Assembly (NCBI GenBank): GCA_040878325.1
Contig: JBBDMM010000006.1
Coordinates: 192,418 to 256,417 of the forward strand
DNA length: 64,000 nt
DNA from: Acidimicrobiia bacterium
Lineage (GTDB): Bacteria; Actinomycetota; Acidimicrobiia; Spongiisociales; UBA11373
Direction: 5' to 3'
In this document: positions 10,411-20,623 of the stretch, in pieces
Layout of the letters: each line of letters opens with the position of its first letter
Position numbering within the stretch: the stretch's first letter is position 1
Notes under the pieces: model-generated
Seen by the model: only the letters and a program-made list of their open reading frames with translations
Databases searched by the model: none
What the model was told of the DNA's origin: nothing
Program-made: the position numbers and the translations under genes

Positions 10411-11058
10411 ATGCGTCGGGAACCGTTGAGCCGGGAGCAGGTGGTCTCCGCGGCGCTGGCGATCGCCGACCAACACGGCGTCGAACTCCTGACCATGCGG
10501 CGGCTTGGTAAGTCGCTCGGCGTCGAGGCGATGTCCCTCTACAACCACGTTGCCAACAAGGCAGATCTGATCGCGGCGATGCTCGATACGGTGGTCGGGG
10601 AGTACCGATTGCCTTCGCCTCAGGAGGATTGGAAGGCCACGCTGCGGGCGGCGGCCGCTTCCGCCAACAAGGCGCTGTTGCATCACCCGTGGGCGCCGAC
10701 GCTCCTTCTCAGCTTCGGCGCAATGCCCGGGCCGAACTGGATGCAGTGGTCGGAGTCACTGCTGGCCACGGCCCGCCGGGCCGGGTTCTCCGTAGAGATG
10801 GCCCACCATGCGTTCCACGCCCTCGAGGGACACATTGGCGGCCAGTCGATGCGCCAGGTCAACTTCCGTCCCGCACCGGGGGAGTTGGAAGGACTCGCGG
10901 CCGACTTCCTGTCCGGGGTCGACACGGAGCAGTACCCATTCCTGATCGAACACATCCAGGGCCACCTGCACAACGACTACTCGGCCACGACCAGCTTCGA
11001 GTTCGGGCTGGACCTGATCCTCGACGGCTTGGAGCGGATCCTGGCGTCCGGCCGATAG
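10411..11058 (+). CDS. TetR/AcrR family regulator (TetR_C type)
   Basis: HTH LTMRRLGKSLGVEAMSLYNHV; C-terminal FEFGLDLILDG. Confidence 0.9.
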   Translation: MRREPLSREQVVSAALAIADQHGVELLTMRRLGKSLGVEAMSLYNHVANKADLIAAMLDTVVGEYRLPSPQEDWKATLRAAAASANKALLHHPWAPTLLLSFGAMPGPNWMQWSESLLATARRAGFSVEMAHHAFHALEGHIGGQSMRQVNFRPAPGELEGLAADFLSGVDTEQYPFLIEHIQGHLHNDYSATTSFEFGLDLILDGLERILASGR

Positions 11059-11112
11059 GCGGCCACCTGTCGAACGGGGAACCCAGCCAACCCTCCAAAG
11101 GGACCGCAACGC

Positions 11113-11586
11113 TCAGCTGATCATCGAGCGATGAGCCCTGGACACCGAGTAGACCAATCCGAGCGAAATGAAGATGCCTGACAGTAGGAACTGCCAGCTG
11201 TAAGCGGTGGTCAGCATGAACACACCCCTGGATATCCCACAGAGCATCAGCCCGGTAGCGCCGTCGGAGCACTCGACCATCCGAGAGGCCTCAATCCCCG
11301 TTGTCGTACGCATTAGCGAGGCTGCGTAGCCGGCGGAATACACGATCAGTGCCACGAGTCCGAGGCGAAGGGGACCCGAATACTCGCGGAGCACCCACAC
11401 GATCAACGGAACCGCAACGACCACCGGAGCCGTGAGAAAGGCGATAGCCGCGAGAAACGCCAAACCGCTTGAACTCAATCCCTGGCTTTCGAGAGCATCC
11501 GTGAGGGCCTCTCTACCGACCCCCAGGAGAATGGCACACACCAAGAAGATCGCCAGCCAGATGACATTCAGCGGGACCTTGTTCAT
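11113..11586 (-). CDS. hypothetical membrane protein
   Basis: 157 aa with about 4 hydrophobic segments. Confidence 0.55.
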   Translation of the reverse strand: MNKVPLNVIWLAIFLVCAILLGVGREALTDALESQGLSSSGLAFLAAIAFLTAPVVVAVPLIVWVLREYSGPLRLGLVALIVYSAGYAASLMRTTTGIEASRMVECSDGATGLMLCGISRGVFMLTTAYSWQFLLSGIFISLGLVYSVSRAHRSMIS

Positions 11587-11668
11587 GCCTCTCCGTGTTT
11601 CTCCACGGAGTGTACGAGCGGGGACCCTGACTGCGACCGAGTTTGCAGAAGCCGAACGACGGACGGCG

Positions 11669-11743
11669 TGGGCCCGGGTGGACTCGAACCACCGACCTCA
11701 TCCTTATCAGGGATGCGCTCTAACCGGGCTGAGCTACGGGCCC
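11669..11743 (-). tRNA. tRNA-Ile(GAT)
   Basis: GGGCCCGTAGCTCAG...CATCC-CT-GAT-AA-GGATG...GTTCGAGTCC...CGGGCCCA cloverleaf. Confidence 0.95.
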
Positions 11744-11843
11744 TAGGGGACGGCGAGTGTATCAAAGGGGTGTTCGTGCTCGGCCCGGCGCGGAGTGCTG
11801 TGGGCCCACGAATCTGTCACTGGCTCCCCATACCATAGAACAC

Positions 11844-13091
11844 ATGTTCGATAGAGAACGCCAGCCGATTCCTCCGGGGCTCGACCAGATGCGGCCGGGT
11901 CCGGCACTCGCCGGATTCCTCGCCACCATCGATGTCAACGAGGTGTCCGGCCACGACAGGGTGGTCGTGCTGCGGGCCCAGCAACGGATGGCTTCTCACT
12001 TTCAGGGCCAGGTCTATGCGGCCATGGTCTCGGTCGCCGAGCATATGGAGGAAGAGCCTTTTGCTGACGATCCGAAGTTGGCCTGGGAGGCATCGGCAAC
12101 AGAGATTCGGTGCGCGCTCCGCCTCACCCGTCGGGCGGCCGAGACGGCGCTCGAACTTGCCCTCGGCATCAAACGCCTTCCGGCGGTCCGGGCGGCCCTG
12201 GTCGCCGGGGACATCGACCCGCGGAGGGCAGGGGCGATCGTCCACGGCACCTCCCATCTCGACGAAACTTCCGCCCGGCGAGTCGTAGCCGCGGTAATCG
12301 GTGACGCCCCGGGGCTGACCACCGGCGAGCTAGCGGCGCGGATCCGTCGTCTGGCCATCGAGGTGGACCCTGATACCGCCCGGGAGCACTACGAGGAGTC
12401 GATCGCCGAGCGCCGGGTCGTCACTGAAGGTTCGACCGACGGCACCGCGCACCTCCTGGGACTCGACCTGCCGCCGGACCGGGTCGCCGCTATCGCCCGC
12501 CGCATCGACCGGATCGCCAGGAGCCTGAACCGGCAGGGCGACGAACGCAGCATGGACCAACTGCGGGCCGATGTCTTCCTCGACCTTCTCTCCGGTCTCA
12601 AGCGCGACCAGCGGGGTGGATCCGTCGATCTCCATGTCGATCTCGAGACCCTTGCTCGCCTCGCCGAGACGCCGGGCGACCTCGCCGGATTCGGCCCGGT
12701 GATAGCCGACATCGCCCGCCAGGTGGCGGAGGCCCAGTCGGGCGGCGAGTGGCGTTTCACCCTCTCCGATCCGAGTACCGGCCTCCCGATTCACAATGGC
12801 ACCACCCGCCGCCGCCCCTCCACTGCGCAGCGTCGGACGGTCGAGGCCCGCGATCGCACCTGCATCTTTCCGGGATGCCGCATGCCGGCCACCCGGTGCG
12901 ACCTCGACCACCGCGTCCCGTGGGCGGAGGAGAAGCGAACCTCGGTCGGCGGGCTCGACGCGGGGTGCAGGCACGACCACGTGACCAACCGCCACCGGGT
13001 CGGGTGGAGGCACGTGCCCCTACCCGGCGGCGATCACCTCTGGATCAGCCCGCTCGGGCACCGGTACACCAAGAGCGGGAAGCCGCCCTAA
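11844..13091 (+). CDS. DUF222 / HNH endonuclease (13E12-repeat-like)
   Basis: QLRADVFLDLL; RDRTCIFPGC...CDLDHRVPW...CRHDH HNH signature. Confidence 0.85.
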   Translation: MFDRERQPIPPGLDQMRPGPALAGFLATIDVNEVSGHDRVVVLRAQQRMASHFQGQVYAAMVSVAEHMEEEPFADDPKLAWEASATEIRCALRLTRRAAETALELALGIKRLPAVRAALVAGDIDPRRAGAIVHGTSHLDETSARRVVAAVIGDAPGLTTGELAARIRRLAIEVDPDTAREHYEESIAERRVVTEGSTDGTAHLLGLDLPPDRVAAIARRIDRIARSLNRQGDERSMDQLRADVFLDLLSGLKRDQRGGSVDLHVDLETLARLAETPGDLAGFGPVIADIARQVAEAQSGGEWRFTLSDPSTGLPIHNGTTRRRPSTAQRRTVEARDRTCIFPGCRMPATRCDLDHRVPWAEEKRTSVGGLDAGCRHDHVTNRHRVGWRHVPLPGGDHLWISPLGHRYTKSGKPP

Positions 13092-13168
13092 CCGCGGCCG
13101 ACCCCGCCTCATCAGACAGAACGGTGGCGGCCGACCTCCGACGTAGGTTCGATAGGGTCTGACCAATC

Positions 13169-14218
13169 GTGAACGAAATGATCGGACGCCCGACGGGAGT
13201 GCTATTGCTGCAGTTGGGGACGCCGGCGTCGCCGTCGACCTCGGATGTTCGCCGCTATCTCCGCGAGTTCCTTTCGGACCGCCGGGTTCTCGACATGTCA
13301 GCCCCTGCCCGAGCCCTCCTCTTGAATGCAGTGATCCTGCCGTTCCGGCCGCGGCGCTCGGCAGAGGCCTACCGCAAGATCTGGACCGATCAGGGGTCAC
13401 CGCTCACCATCCACACCGAGGCACTGTCCGCCGCGGTTCAGGACTTGCTCGGCGAGCGCTACCGGGTGGAGTTCGGGATGAGGTACCAGAGTCCGTCGAT
13501 CGAGTCGGCAGTGGACTCGCTCACCGCGAGCGGGTGTGACCGGATCGTCATCCTCCCGCTCTTTCCACAGTACGCCTCGGCGTCCGGTGGCTCGGCAGTC
13601 GAGAAGGCAATGGAGGTGATCGGTGCCCGGTGGAACCTCCCGGAGGTGACCGCCCTCGGAGCCTTCTACGACGAGCCGGGCTATCTGACCGCGGTCGCCG
13701 AGGTGGCGAAGCCACTACTTGACGACTTCGCGCCGGATCATGTCCTCTTCAGCTACCACGGGCTCCCGGAGAAGCAGATCCGCAAGAGCGATGCGTCTTC
13801 CTCCTGGTGCCTGGCGTCGTCGTCGTGCTGTGATCAGATGCTCGATGCCAACCGGTTCTGTTACCGGGCCCAGTGCTACGCCACCACGCGGGGCCTTGTT
13901 GCCGCACTCGGAATCGGGGACGGCGCGTTCTCGACCGCGTTCCAGTCGCGGCTCGCCGGACAGAAATGGATCGAGCCCTACACCGACAAGGTGCTGCCGG
14001 CGCTGTACGAGGGGGGCGTCCGCAGGCTTGCCGTGCTCACTCCGTCGTTCACCGCCGACTGCCTCGAGACGATCGAGGAGATCGGCATCCGTGGCCGCAG
14101 TCAGTGGGGAAGCCTCGGTCACGGCGACTTCCTGCTGGTCCCGTGCGTCAACGCCTCGCCGGCCTGGGCCGCGACGGTGGCCGGGATGGTTCGCCGGGCG
14201 GCTCAGTTCCCGCGTTGA
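13169..14218 (+). CDS. hemH: ferrochelatase
   Basis: GVLLLQLGTP, LFPQYAS, FSYHGLP, FQSR, SFTADCLETIEEI. Confidence 0.95.
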   Translation: MNEMIGRPTGVLLLQLGTPASPSTSDVRRYLREFLSDRRVLDMSAPARALLLNAVILPFRPRRSAEAYRKIWTDQGSPLTIHTEALSAAVQDLLGERYRVEFGMRYQSPSIESAVDSLTASGCDRIVILPLFPQYASASGGSAVEKAMEVIGARWNLPEVTALGAFYDEPGYLTAVAEVAKPLLDDFAPDHVLFSYHGLPEKQIRKSDASSSWCLASSSCCDQMLDANRFCYRAQCYATTRGLVAALGIGDGAFSTAFQSRLAGQKWIEPYTDKVLPALYEGGVRRLAVLTPSFTADCLETIEEIGIRGRSQWGSLGHGDFLLVPCVNASPAWAATVAGMVRRAAQFPR

Positions 14219-14258
14219 GGCGGGAGTCCCCGACAGTGATTCATGCCACCATGAAGCC

Positions 14259-15155
14259 ATGCCATCGATAGCCGGGGGGCGCGCCTCGATCGAGTCGTGG
14301 TACCGCGGGTTCCAGATTCGCTTCGCCGAAGGCATCGAGGCTCTCGACGGTTCAGCCGCTTTCATATCGGATCCCTGGGTTCGTCCCGAGGGAGGAGGAG
14401 GCGACACCCGGGTTCTCGACGGGGGGCGCCACATCGAGAAGGCGGCAGTCAACTTCTCGGCGGTATTCGGCCCGACCCCCGCCTCACTCACCGAGCGGCT
14501 TGCCGCCACCGGCTCCGAGTTCTACGCCACCGGGGTGTCGATCATCGTGCATCCCCGCAACCCCCACGCTCCCACCTTCCACGCCAACATCCGATACTTC
14601 GAGTCCGACACCGGGACCGCCTGGTTCGGCGGTGGCGCCGATCTGACGCCGTACTACCTGTATGACGAGGATGCGGTCCACTTCCATAACGTCCTTCGCT
14701 TTGTCTGCGACCGACACCCGGTGTCGGATCACCGGGCGTGGAAGCAAGCCTGCGACGAGTACTTCTTCCTGCCGCACCGTCATGAGGCTCGGGGAATCGG
14801 CGGCCTCTTCTTCGACCACCTCACCGATCGCCTCGACGAAGTGTGGGCCTTCCAGCAGGACCTCGCCGACCACCTGCTCGAGGCGTACCTCCCGATCCTG
14901 GAGCGCCGGGTCGACACACCGGTCGGCGACCATCAGCGCCGCTGGCATGAGATCCGGCGGGCTCGCTATGTCGAGTTCAACCTGATCTGGGATCGCGGCA
15001 CGAGATTCGGCCTCGAGACCGGGGGACGGGCCGAGTCGATCCTCGGATCGATGCCGCCGATCGCGAGATGGCAGTACGACCACCATCCCGAGCCAGGCTC
15101 CGCCGAGGCGGCGCTGGTGGAGTTGCTGCGCTCGTCGCCGCGTGATTGGGTCTAG
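14259..15155 (+). CDS. hemF: oxygen-dependent coproporphyrinogen III oxidase
   Basis: HPRNPHAPTFHANIRYF, WFGGGADLTP, RGIGGLFFD, YVEFNLIWDRGTRFGL. Confidence 0.95.
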   Translation: MPSIAGGRASIESWYRGFQIRFAEGIEALDGSAAFISDPWVRPEGGGGDTRVLDGGRHIEKAAVNFSAVFGPTPASLTERLAATGSEFYATGVSIIVHPRNPHAPTFHANIRYFESDTGTAWFGGGADLTPYYLYDEDAVHFHNVLRFVCDRHPVSDHRAWKQACDEYFFLPHRHEARGIGGLFFDHLTDRLDEVWAFQQDLADHLLEAYLPILERRVDTPVGDHQRRWHEIRRARYVEFNLIWDRGTRFGLETGGRAESILGSMPPIARWQYDHHPEPGSAEAALVELLRSSPRDWV

Positions 15156-15199
15156 AGGCTGGCTCATCACGAGTCGCCGATATGCGGTACGTTCGCCGG

Positions 15200-16831
15200 A
15201 TGCCGCAGGGATCGTCGAGCCGAGGAATCTCCCTCTTTGCAGCCTCCACGGGATCGATCAGCCTCTCCGTCATCGTCGGCCTCGTCCGCGCTCTGCTCGG
15301 CGCCGCCGCCGCGTTGTTGGTCGGCAGCATCGTGCGCGCCCTGTCGCAAGAAGGCGCGACCGCGGACCCGCTCGCAGGGTTGGCTCTGGTTCTCACCTGT
15401 CGAGCCCTGCTGGCGCCGATCACCCCAATCGCCGCCGCCCGCACTGCCGGTCGGGTGGAGCGCGACCTACGGCGGCGCGTGCTCGAGGCGGTTCTCACGG
15501 TTGGTCCGCGGGAAGGCCACCGCACGGGTGAACTGGTAGGCAAGGCCACCGAAGGGATCGGAGCGATCGGAGCCCTCGGCGCCACCTTTCTTCCCCAGTT
15601 GATCGGGGGGATGGTGATCCCCCTGGCTCTGATCGTCGTAGTCGCCTTCGTGGACTGGCCGGTCGCGCTCGTGCTCCTGGTCGTCATTCCGCTGGTGCCG
15701 GTGATGCTGCGGCTGCTCGAGCGGCGATTCGCCTCGGTGAGTACCCGGTACCGGGAGACCGCCGACGAGTTGGCGGCTCGGTTCCTCGACGGCGTACAAG
15801 GTCTGCGAACCCTCAAGGCCCTCGACCGTGCGAGCGACTACGGCGACTCGCTCGCCCATGAATCGGAGCGTCTGCGAGCCGAGACCATGCGACTACTGCG
15901 AGTGAACCAACTGGCGCTGCTCGCCGTCGACTCGCTGTTCACGCTGGGAACCGTGGTGGCCGCGGCCTCCATGGCCGGTGTGAGGCTCGCGTCGGGGGCC
16001 ATCGACGTGGGGGACGCGGCCGCTCTCGTACTTCTCGGCGTAATGCTCATCGAGCCGCTCACCGCCATCGGCCGGTTCTTCTATGTGGGGGCGATTGGAC
16101 GGGCCGCGGCCACCCAGGTGAGGGAGCTACTCGCTCTGACCGAGGGGACCCCGCAGTCGCACCGGGAGGGCGATCGGGTGGAGCGGGGAGTAGTGAAGTT
16201 TGACGGGGTTCGGTTCACCTATCCCGACGGAACCCGGGCGATCGACGGGGTCTCGTTTCGGGTGGCGCCAGGAGAGCGGGTGGCTCTGATTGGTGCGTCC
16301 GGTGCAGGGAAGACAACGGTGGCGAACCTGGTGCTCGGACTCCTCGATCCCGATGAAGGCGTTGTCGCTGTTGGTGGCCGTGCCGTTCTGGTGGCACAAC
16401 GCCCCTTCCTCTTCCATGGCACCCTGGCCGACAATCTTCGCTTCGCCCGTTCCGGAGCTACCGACGAGGAGATGCGGGCGGCCCTCAGCGCCGCCGGCCT
16501 CGGAGAACTCGTCACCGCACGCGACGACAGCCTCGAGATTCCGGTGGGTGAGCGCGGCCTGAGTCTCAGCGGAGGGGAGGTCCAGCGGGTAGCCATCGCC
16601 AGGGCCCTGCTGGTCGATGCCGAGGTGGTGGTGCTCGATGAGCCGACGTCGAGCGTCGACCTGGCGACAGAAGCGCGGATCAAAGACGCGCTCGATCGTC
16701 TCATGGCGGGGCGGACCGTCATCGTCATCGCCCACCGGCGCTCGACCATCGCAGGGGTCGACCGCGTGATCGTCTTGGCCGGCGGGCGGGTCGTTGTTGG
16801 TGAGGGCCAGGGACCGGGGATGCGATCGTGA
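15200..16831 (+). CDS. ABC exporter, fused TMD+ATPase (CydD-like)
   Basis: FLDGVQGLRTLKAL, Walker A GASGAGKT, LSGGEVQR, VLDEPTS; start uncertain (15182 or 15200). Confidence 0.8.
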   Translation: MPQGSSSRGISLFAASTGSISLSVIVGLVRALLGAAAALLVGSIVRALSQEGATADPLAGLALVLTCRALLAPITPIAAARTAGRVERDLRRRVLEAVLTVGPREGHRTGELVGKATEGIGAIGALGATFLPQLIGGMVIPLALIVVVAFVDWPVALVLLVVIPLVPVMLRLLERRFASVSTRYRETADELAARFLDGVQGLRTLKALDRASDYGDSLAHESERLRAETMRLLRVNQLALLAVDSLFTLGTVVAAASMAGVRLASGAIDVGDAAALVLLGVMLIEPLTAIGRFFYVGAIGRAAATQVRELLALTEGTPQSHREGDRVERGVVKFDGVRFTYPDGTRAIDGVSFRVAPGERVALIGASGAGKTTVANLVLGLLDPDEGVVAVGGRAVLVAQRPFLFHGTLADNLRFARSGATDEEMRAALSAAGLGELVTARDDSLEIPVGERGLSLSGGEVQRVAIARALLVDAEVVVLDEPTSSVDLATEARIKDALDRLMAGRTVIVIAHRRSTIAGVDRVIVLAGGRVVVGEGQGPGMRS

Positions 16832-18555
16832 ACCGCCTCGCCACCGCCCGGCGCCTGCTCGGACTGCTGCGGCCGCTGGCCCCCCTGATGGTCATATCGA
16901 GCGCCTGCCGGGTGATCAATCAGACTTTCGGGATAGTGATCCCCGCTCTGGCCGCGGCGATGATCATGGACCTTGCCGACGGCGACTCGGTGGCGGGCAT
17001 GGTGGGGACTCTGGCGATCCTGGCAATCGTCAAGGGTCTCTTTAGGTACCTCGAGCAGTTCACCGGGCACGCCGTCGCCTTCCGGTTGCTGTCCGAATTG
17101 CGCGTCGACGTATACCGCCACCTCGTGCCGCTCGCCCCTGCCGGACTTGAAACCGAGAGAAGCGGCGATCTGGTGGCACGGATCGTCGGTGACGTCGATC
17201 GAGTCGAACCGTTTTACGCCCACACCATCGCACCACTGGTTTCAGCGCTGGTGGTTCCGCTGCTGGCCTCAGCAGCATTGGCGATAGGGGTCGATCCGCT
17301 TGTCGCCCTGGTCTTTCTGCCGTTCCCGTTGGCGATGGTTCTGGGGCCGCCGTGGATCAGATCGCGGCGGGTCGCCGACCTGTCTTCCGAGACACGCGTC
17401 CTCACCGGGGAGGCGGGTGCCGTCTTGACTGACGCCGTGCAGGGGAGCCAGGAGATCGCGGTCCTCGGTGCCGGGGCGCAGATCGCCGAACGGATCGGTC
17501 TTGTCTCTGCCGCGGCCGATGAGGTGCGCGGTGATCTCGCCCGCATCAGTGCGGTCCGCGCCGTCCTGATAGATCTTCTCGCCGGCGGCGCGGTGGTGGC
17601 GGTTGCGGCGGCGGCCATCTACAGGTTCGGCGGCGGAGCGATCAACCTGGCGGCAGTGGCTGCGGCCGTCGTCGTTGCCTGGGTTGGCACTGCGCCCGCA
17701 CGGGCGCTCGAGGAAATCGTTCCGGACGTGGAGCAGGCTCTGGCTGCGGCCGGTCGACTGTTCGAGTTGGCTGACCGCCCCCCTCCAGTGCAGCCGGCAC
17801 CGGCACCGCCGCTGACCGGGGTTGATGGCAGCGTGGACTTCGAGGCCGTCTCCGTCGTCATCGGATCGCAGACCGTGCTCGATTCGATCGACTGCAGGGT
17901 CGACGACGGCTCGATGGTGGCTGTGGTCGGGCCGTCAGGTTCGGGCAAATCGACGCTGGTCGAGCTTCTGGTGCGGTTCCGGGATCCTGACCGCGGCCGG
18001 GTGCTGGTCGGCGGCGTCGATCTTCGCTTGACCGGCGAATCCGATCTCCGCCAGGCGGTGGCTCTCGTGCCGCAGCGGCCCGACATCTTCTTCGGGACGA
18101 TCGCCGACAATCTGCGCCTTGCGCGGCCCGGGGCCACCGACGACGAGCTGTGGCACGCACTGGAGCGAGCCGCGCTGTCGGAATGGGTCCGGAGTCTCGG
18201 GGCAGGGCTGGACACCCCGATCGGTGAGAGCGGGGAGTCCATGAGCGGAGGGCAGCGTCAACGGTTGTCGATTGGCCGGGCCTTGCTACGCGATCCGCGG
18301 GTCTTGATCCTCGATGAGGCGACTTCCGAGCTGGATTCGGCGACGGCGCAGCACATATCAGAGACTCTCGGGGACGAACGGGGGCGGCGGACCGTGATCG
18401 TGGTTGCCCACCGGCTGGAAACCGTTCAGTACGCCGACGAAGTCCTGGTGATGGATGGCGGGCGGCTGGTCGAGCGGGGCACTCATGAGGCGCTGCTGCG
18501 TGCCAATAGCGTGTACGCGGGCCTCTGGAGTAGGCACGAGGACGTCCTCGGCTGA
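16828..18555 (+). CDS. ABC exporter, fused TMD+ATPase (CydC-like)
   Basis: RYLEQFTGHAVAFRLL, SGDLVAR, GPSGSGKS, MSGGQRQR. Confidence 0.8.
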   Translation: MNRLATARRLLGLLRPLAPLMVISSACRVINQTFGIVIPALAAAMIMDLADGDSVAGMVGTLAILAIVKGLFRYLEQFTGHAVAFRLLSELRVDVYRHLVPLAPAGLETERSGDLVARIVGDVDRVEPFYAHTIAPLVSALVVPLLASAALAIGVDPLVALVFLPFPLAMVLGPPWIRSRRVADLSSETRVLTGEAGAVLTDAVQGSQEIAVLGAGAQIAERIGLVSAAADEVRGDLARISAVRAVLIDLLAGGAVVAVAAAAIYRFGGGAINLAAVAAAVVVAWVGTAPARALEEIVPDVEQALAAAGRLFELADRPPPVQPAPAPPLTGVDGSVDFEAVSVVIGSQTVLDSIDCRVDDGSMVAVVGPSGSGKSTLVELLVRFRDPDRGRVLVGGVDLRLTGESDLRQAVALVPQRPDIFFGTIADNLRLARPGATDDELWHALERAALSEWVRSLGAGLDTPIGESGESMSGGQRQRLSIGRALLRDPRVLILDEATSELDSATAQHISETLGDERGRRTVIVVAHRLETVQYADEVLVMDGGRLVERGTHEALLRANSVYAGLWSRHEDVLG

Positions 18556-18621
18556 TCGCGTCCCGACTCGCTGTCGGGACTCGAAGCGATACCGTCCTCC
18601 CCTCCGTCGACGCAGGTCACC

Positions 18622-19770
18622 ATGCTCGTTTCGTCGATCACTTTCTCGTACCCGGCCGTCGATGGGTCGGTTCGGGCGGAACTGGCGCGGCGCCTCATCG
18701 GCGCACCGCAGTTGGACGACGTCTTCGTTCTGTCCACATGTCTTCGAATCGAGGTCGTCGCCGTAGGCGACGAGACGAGATTCGAGGATGTGCTCACCAG
18801 CCTCTTTGATGGTGTCGATACCTCCGTGGGAAATACGCGGAGGGGAGAGGAAGCGGTACACCACCTCTTCCGGGTGGCCGCCGGCCTCGAATCGCCGATC
18901 CTCGGGGAGAGGGAAATCCTCAGCCAGTTTCGGCAGTCTGTGGTTGCCAGCGGGCAAGCGGACCGCGTCGCCGGGTTGTTCACCAAGCTTCTCGAGACAG
19001 CGGTTTCCGTCGGTCGTCAGGCGCGCGAACTTCTTCCGGGCTCGCCGCACGCCTCGATGGCCGCAGTGGCCGCCCAGGTAGTAGGGGGGCACCGTCGGGT
19101 GGCGATCATCGGGTCGGGCCTCATGTCGACCGCGGTGGTCACCGGCCTCCAGGGGCTTCCGGCACCGCCCGAGATCGTCGTTGTCAGCCGGAATCCCGAG
19201 AAGGTGTCCCTCGGAGGGGTGGAGGTCTGGCCGTTCGAGCGCGCGGTTGAGGCGTTGGCAACCTTTCCAGCGGTCGTGTCGGCTACTTCCGCAAAGTACC
19301 GCCCGTTGGCCGATGAGGAATTCGAGCGGGCAGTACGATCTCGCACCGACCGGCTGCTGCTGCTGGACATGGCAATGCCTCCCGACTTTGCTCCACCGGC
19401 CTCGACGCCCGTCGACTACGTGGACATCGACATGCTCGCCCGCATGGCAGATCGGCGGCCTCGGAGCCGGGACGCCGACGCCATGGTCGCGGCTTCCGCC
19501 GCTGATGCTTTCAGGGGGATCACGGATCACCACACTCTTGGCCCGGTGATAGGAGGGCTCACCCGGACGGCCGACGATCTCGTCGACCGGGTGGTCGATC
19601 GATTCTCCGGAAGACTTGCCGCGGAGGGCGACCGTGATGTTCTGCGTCAAGCAGTCCATACCGCCGCCCGGACTCTGCTGGCCGGCCCCATCGCCTACAT
19701 CCGCTCCAGCGACCGACCGGAGGAGGCCATCGATGTCATCGCAGAGGCCTTCGGTGTCGAGGATGCATGA
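18622..19770 (+). CDS. hemA: glutamyl-tRNA reductase
   Basis: LSTCLRIE, HLFRVAAGLES.ILGEREIL, GSGLM; first gene of the coupled hem run. Confidence 0.85.
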   Translation: MLVSSITFSYPAVDGSVRAELARRLIGAPQLDDVFVLSTCLRIEVVAVGDETRFEDVLTSLFDGVDTSVGNTRRGEEAVHHLFRVAAGLESPILGEREILSQFRQSVVASGQADRVAGLFTKLLETAVSVGRQARELLPGSPHASMAAVAAQVVGGHRRVAIIGSGLMSTAVVTGLQGLPAPPEIVVVSRNPEKVSLGGVEVWPFERAVEALATFPAVVSATSAKYRPLADEEFERAVRSRTDRLLLLDMAMPPDFAPPASTPVDYVDIDMLARMADRRPRSRDADAMVAASAADAFRGITDHHTLGPVIGGLTRTADDLVDRVVDRFSGRLAAEGDRDVLRQAVHTAARTLLAGPIAYIRSSDRPEEAIDVIAEAFGVEDA

Positions 19771-20623
19771 GTTGAGGATTGCAACGCGGCGCTCCCGACT
19801 CGCCCTTGCACAGGCGAGATGGGTGGCGGAGCGACTCGCTTCTGCTCATCCCGGCCTCGAGATTCGTCTGGTAGAGATCACGACCACCGGTGACACCGAC
19901 CGCACGACCCCGGTCTTCGAGTTGACCGAGGTGGGGGCTTTCGTGCGAGCGGTGCAGCGAGCCGTGCTCGAGGACCGTGCTGATGTCGCGGTGCACTCGT
20001 GCAAGGACCTGCCGGTGATTGGTCCCGAGTCGTTGCGGTCTGCTTACCCGCGACGCGAGGTGCCGTGGGATCTGTTGTGTGGAACCACGCTCGCCGAACT
20101 CCCGGAGGGGGCCCGGGTGGGCACCGGTAGCCCGCGGAGATCTGCACAGTTGCTGGAATTGCGTCCCGATGTCGAGGTGCGCGGCATCCGGGGGAATGTC
20201 GAGACCCGGCTCGGGATGGTCGAGTCGGGTGAAGTCGACGCGGTGGTCCTCGCCGAGGCGGGGCTACGGAGGCTGGGAATCGATGGTGGCATCTCGCAGC
20301 GATTCACCCTCGAGCAGATGGTGCCGGCTGCCGGCCAGGCTGCGCTTGCGGTGGAGGGGGTCGCCGACAGTGACGCGATGCGGCTGGTAGATGCAATCGC
20401 GGATCCGGAGACGACGGAAGCCGTTCACGCAGAGCGAACCGTCTTGGCCCGGACCGGAGCGGGCTGTCGTGCCGCATTGGGGGTGCTCGCTCATCGAATC
20501 GGTGGTGAGATGGCTCTCGTCGGATTCGTCCACGACCAGCGCGGTGCCCGTCGTGCGACCGCACGTGCTGAGAACGCCGTCGCGGCAGTGGAATCACTGG
20601 TTGCCTCACTGGAGGTCGCATGA
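19763..20623 (+). CDS. hemC: hydroxymethylbilane synthase
   Basis: IATRRSRLALAQ, AVHSCKDLP, GTGSPRR, IRGNVETR. Confidence 0.95.
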   Translation: MHELRIATRRSRLALAQARWVAERLASAHPGLEIRLVEITTTGDTDRTTPVFELTEVGAFVRAVQRAVLEDRADVAVHSCKDLPVIGPESLRSAYPRREVPWDLLCGTTLAELPEGARVGTGSPRRSAQLLELRPDVEVRGIRGNVETRLGMVESGEVDAVVLAEAGLRRLGIDGGISQRFTLEQMVPAAGQAALAVEGVADSDAMRLVDAIADPETTEAVHAERTVLARTGAGCRAALGVLAHRIGGEMALVGFVHDQRGARRATARAENAVAAVESLVASLEVA

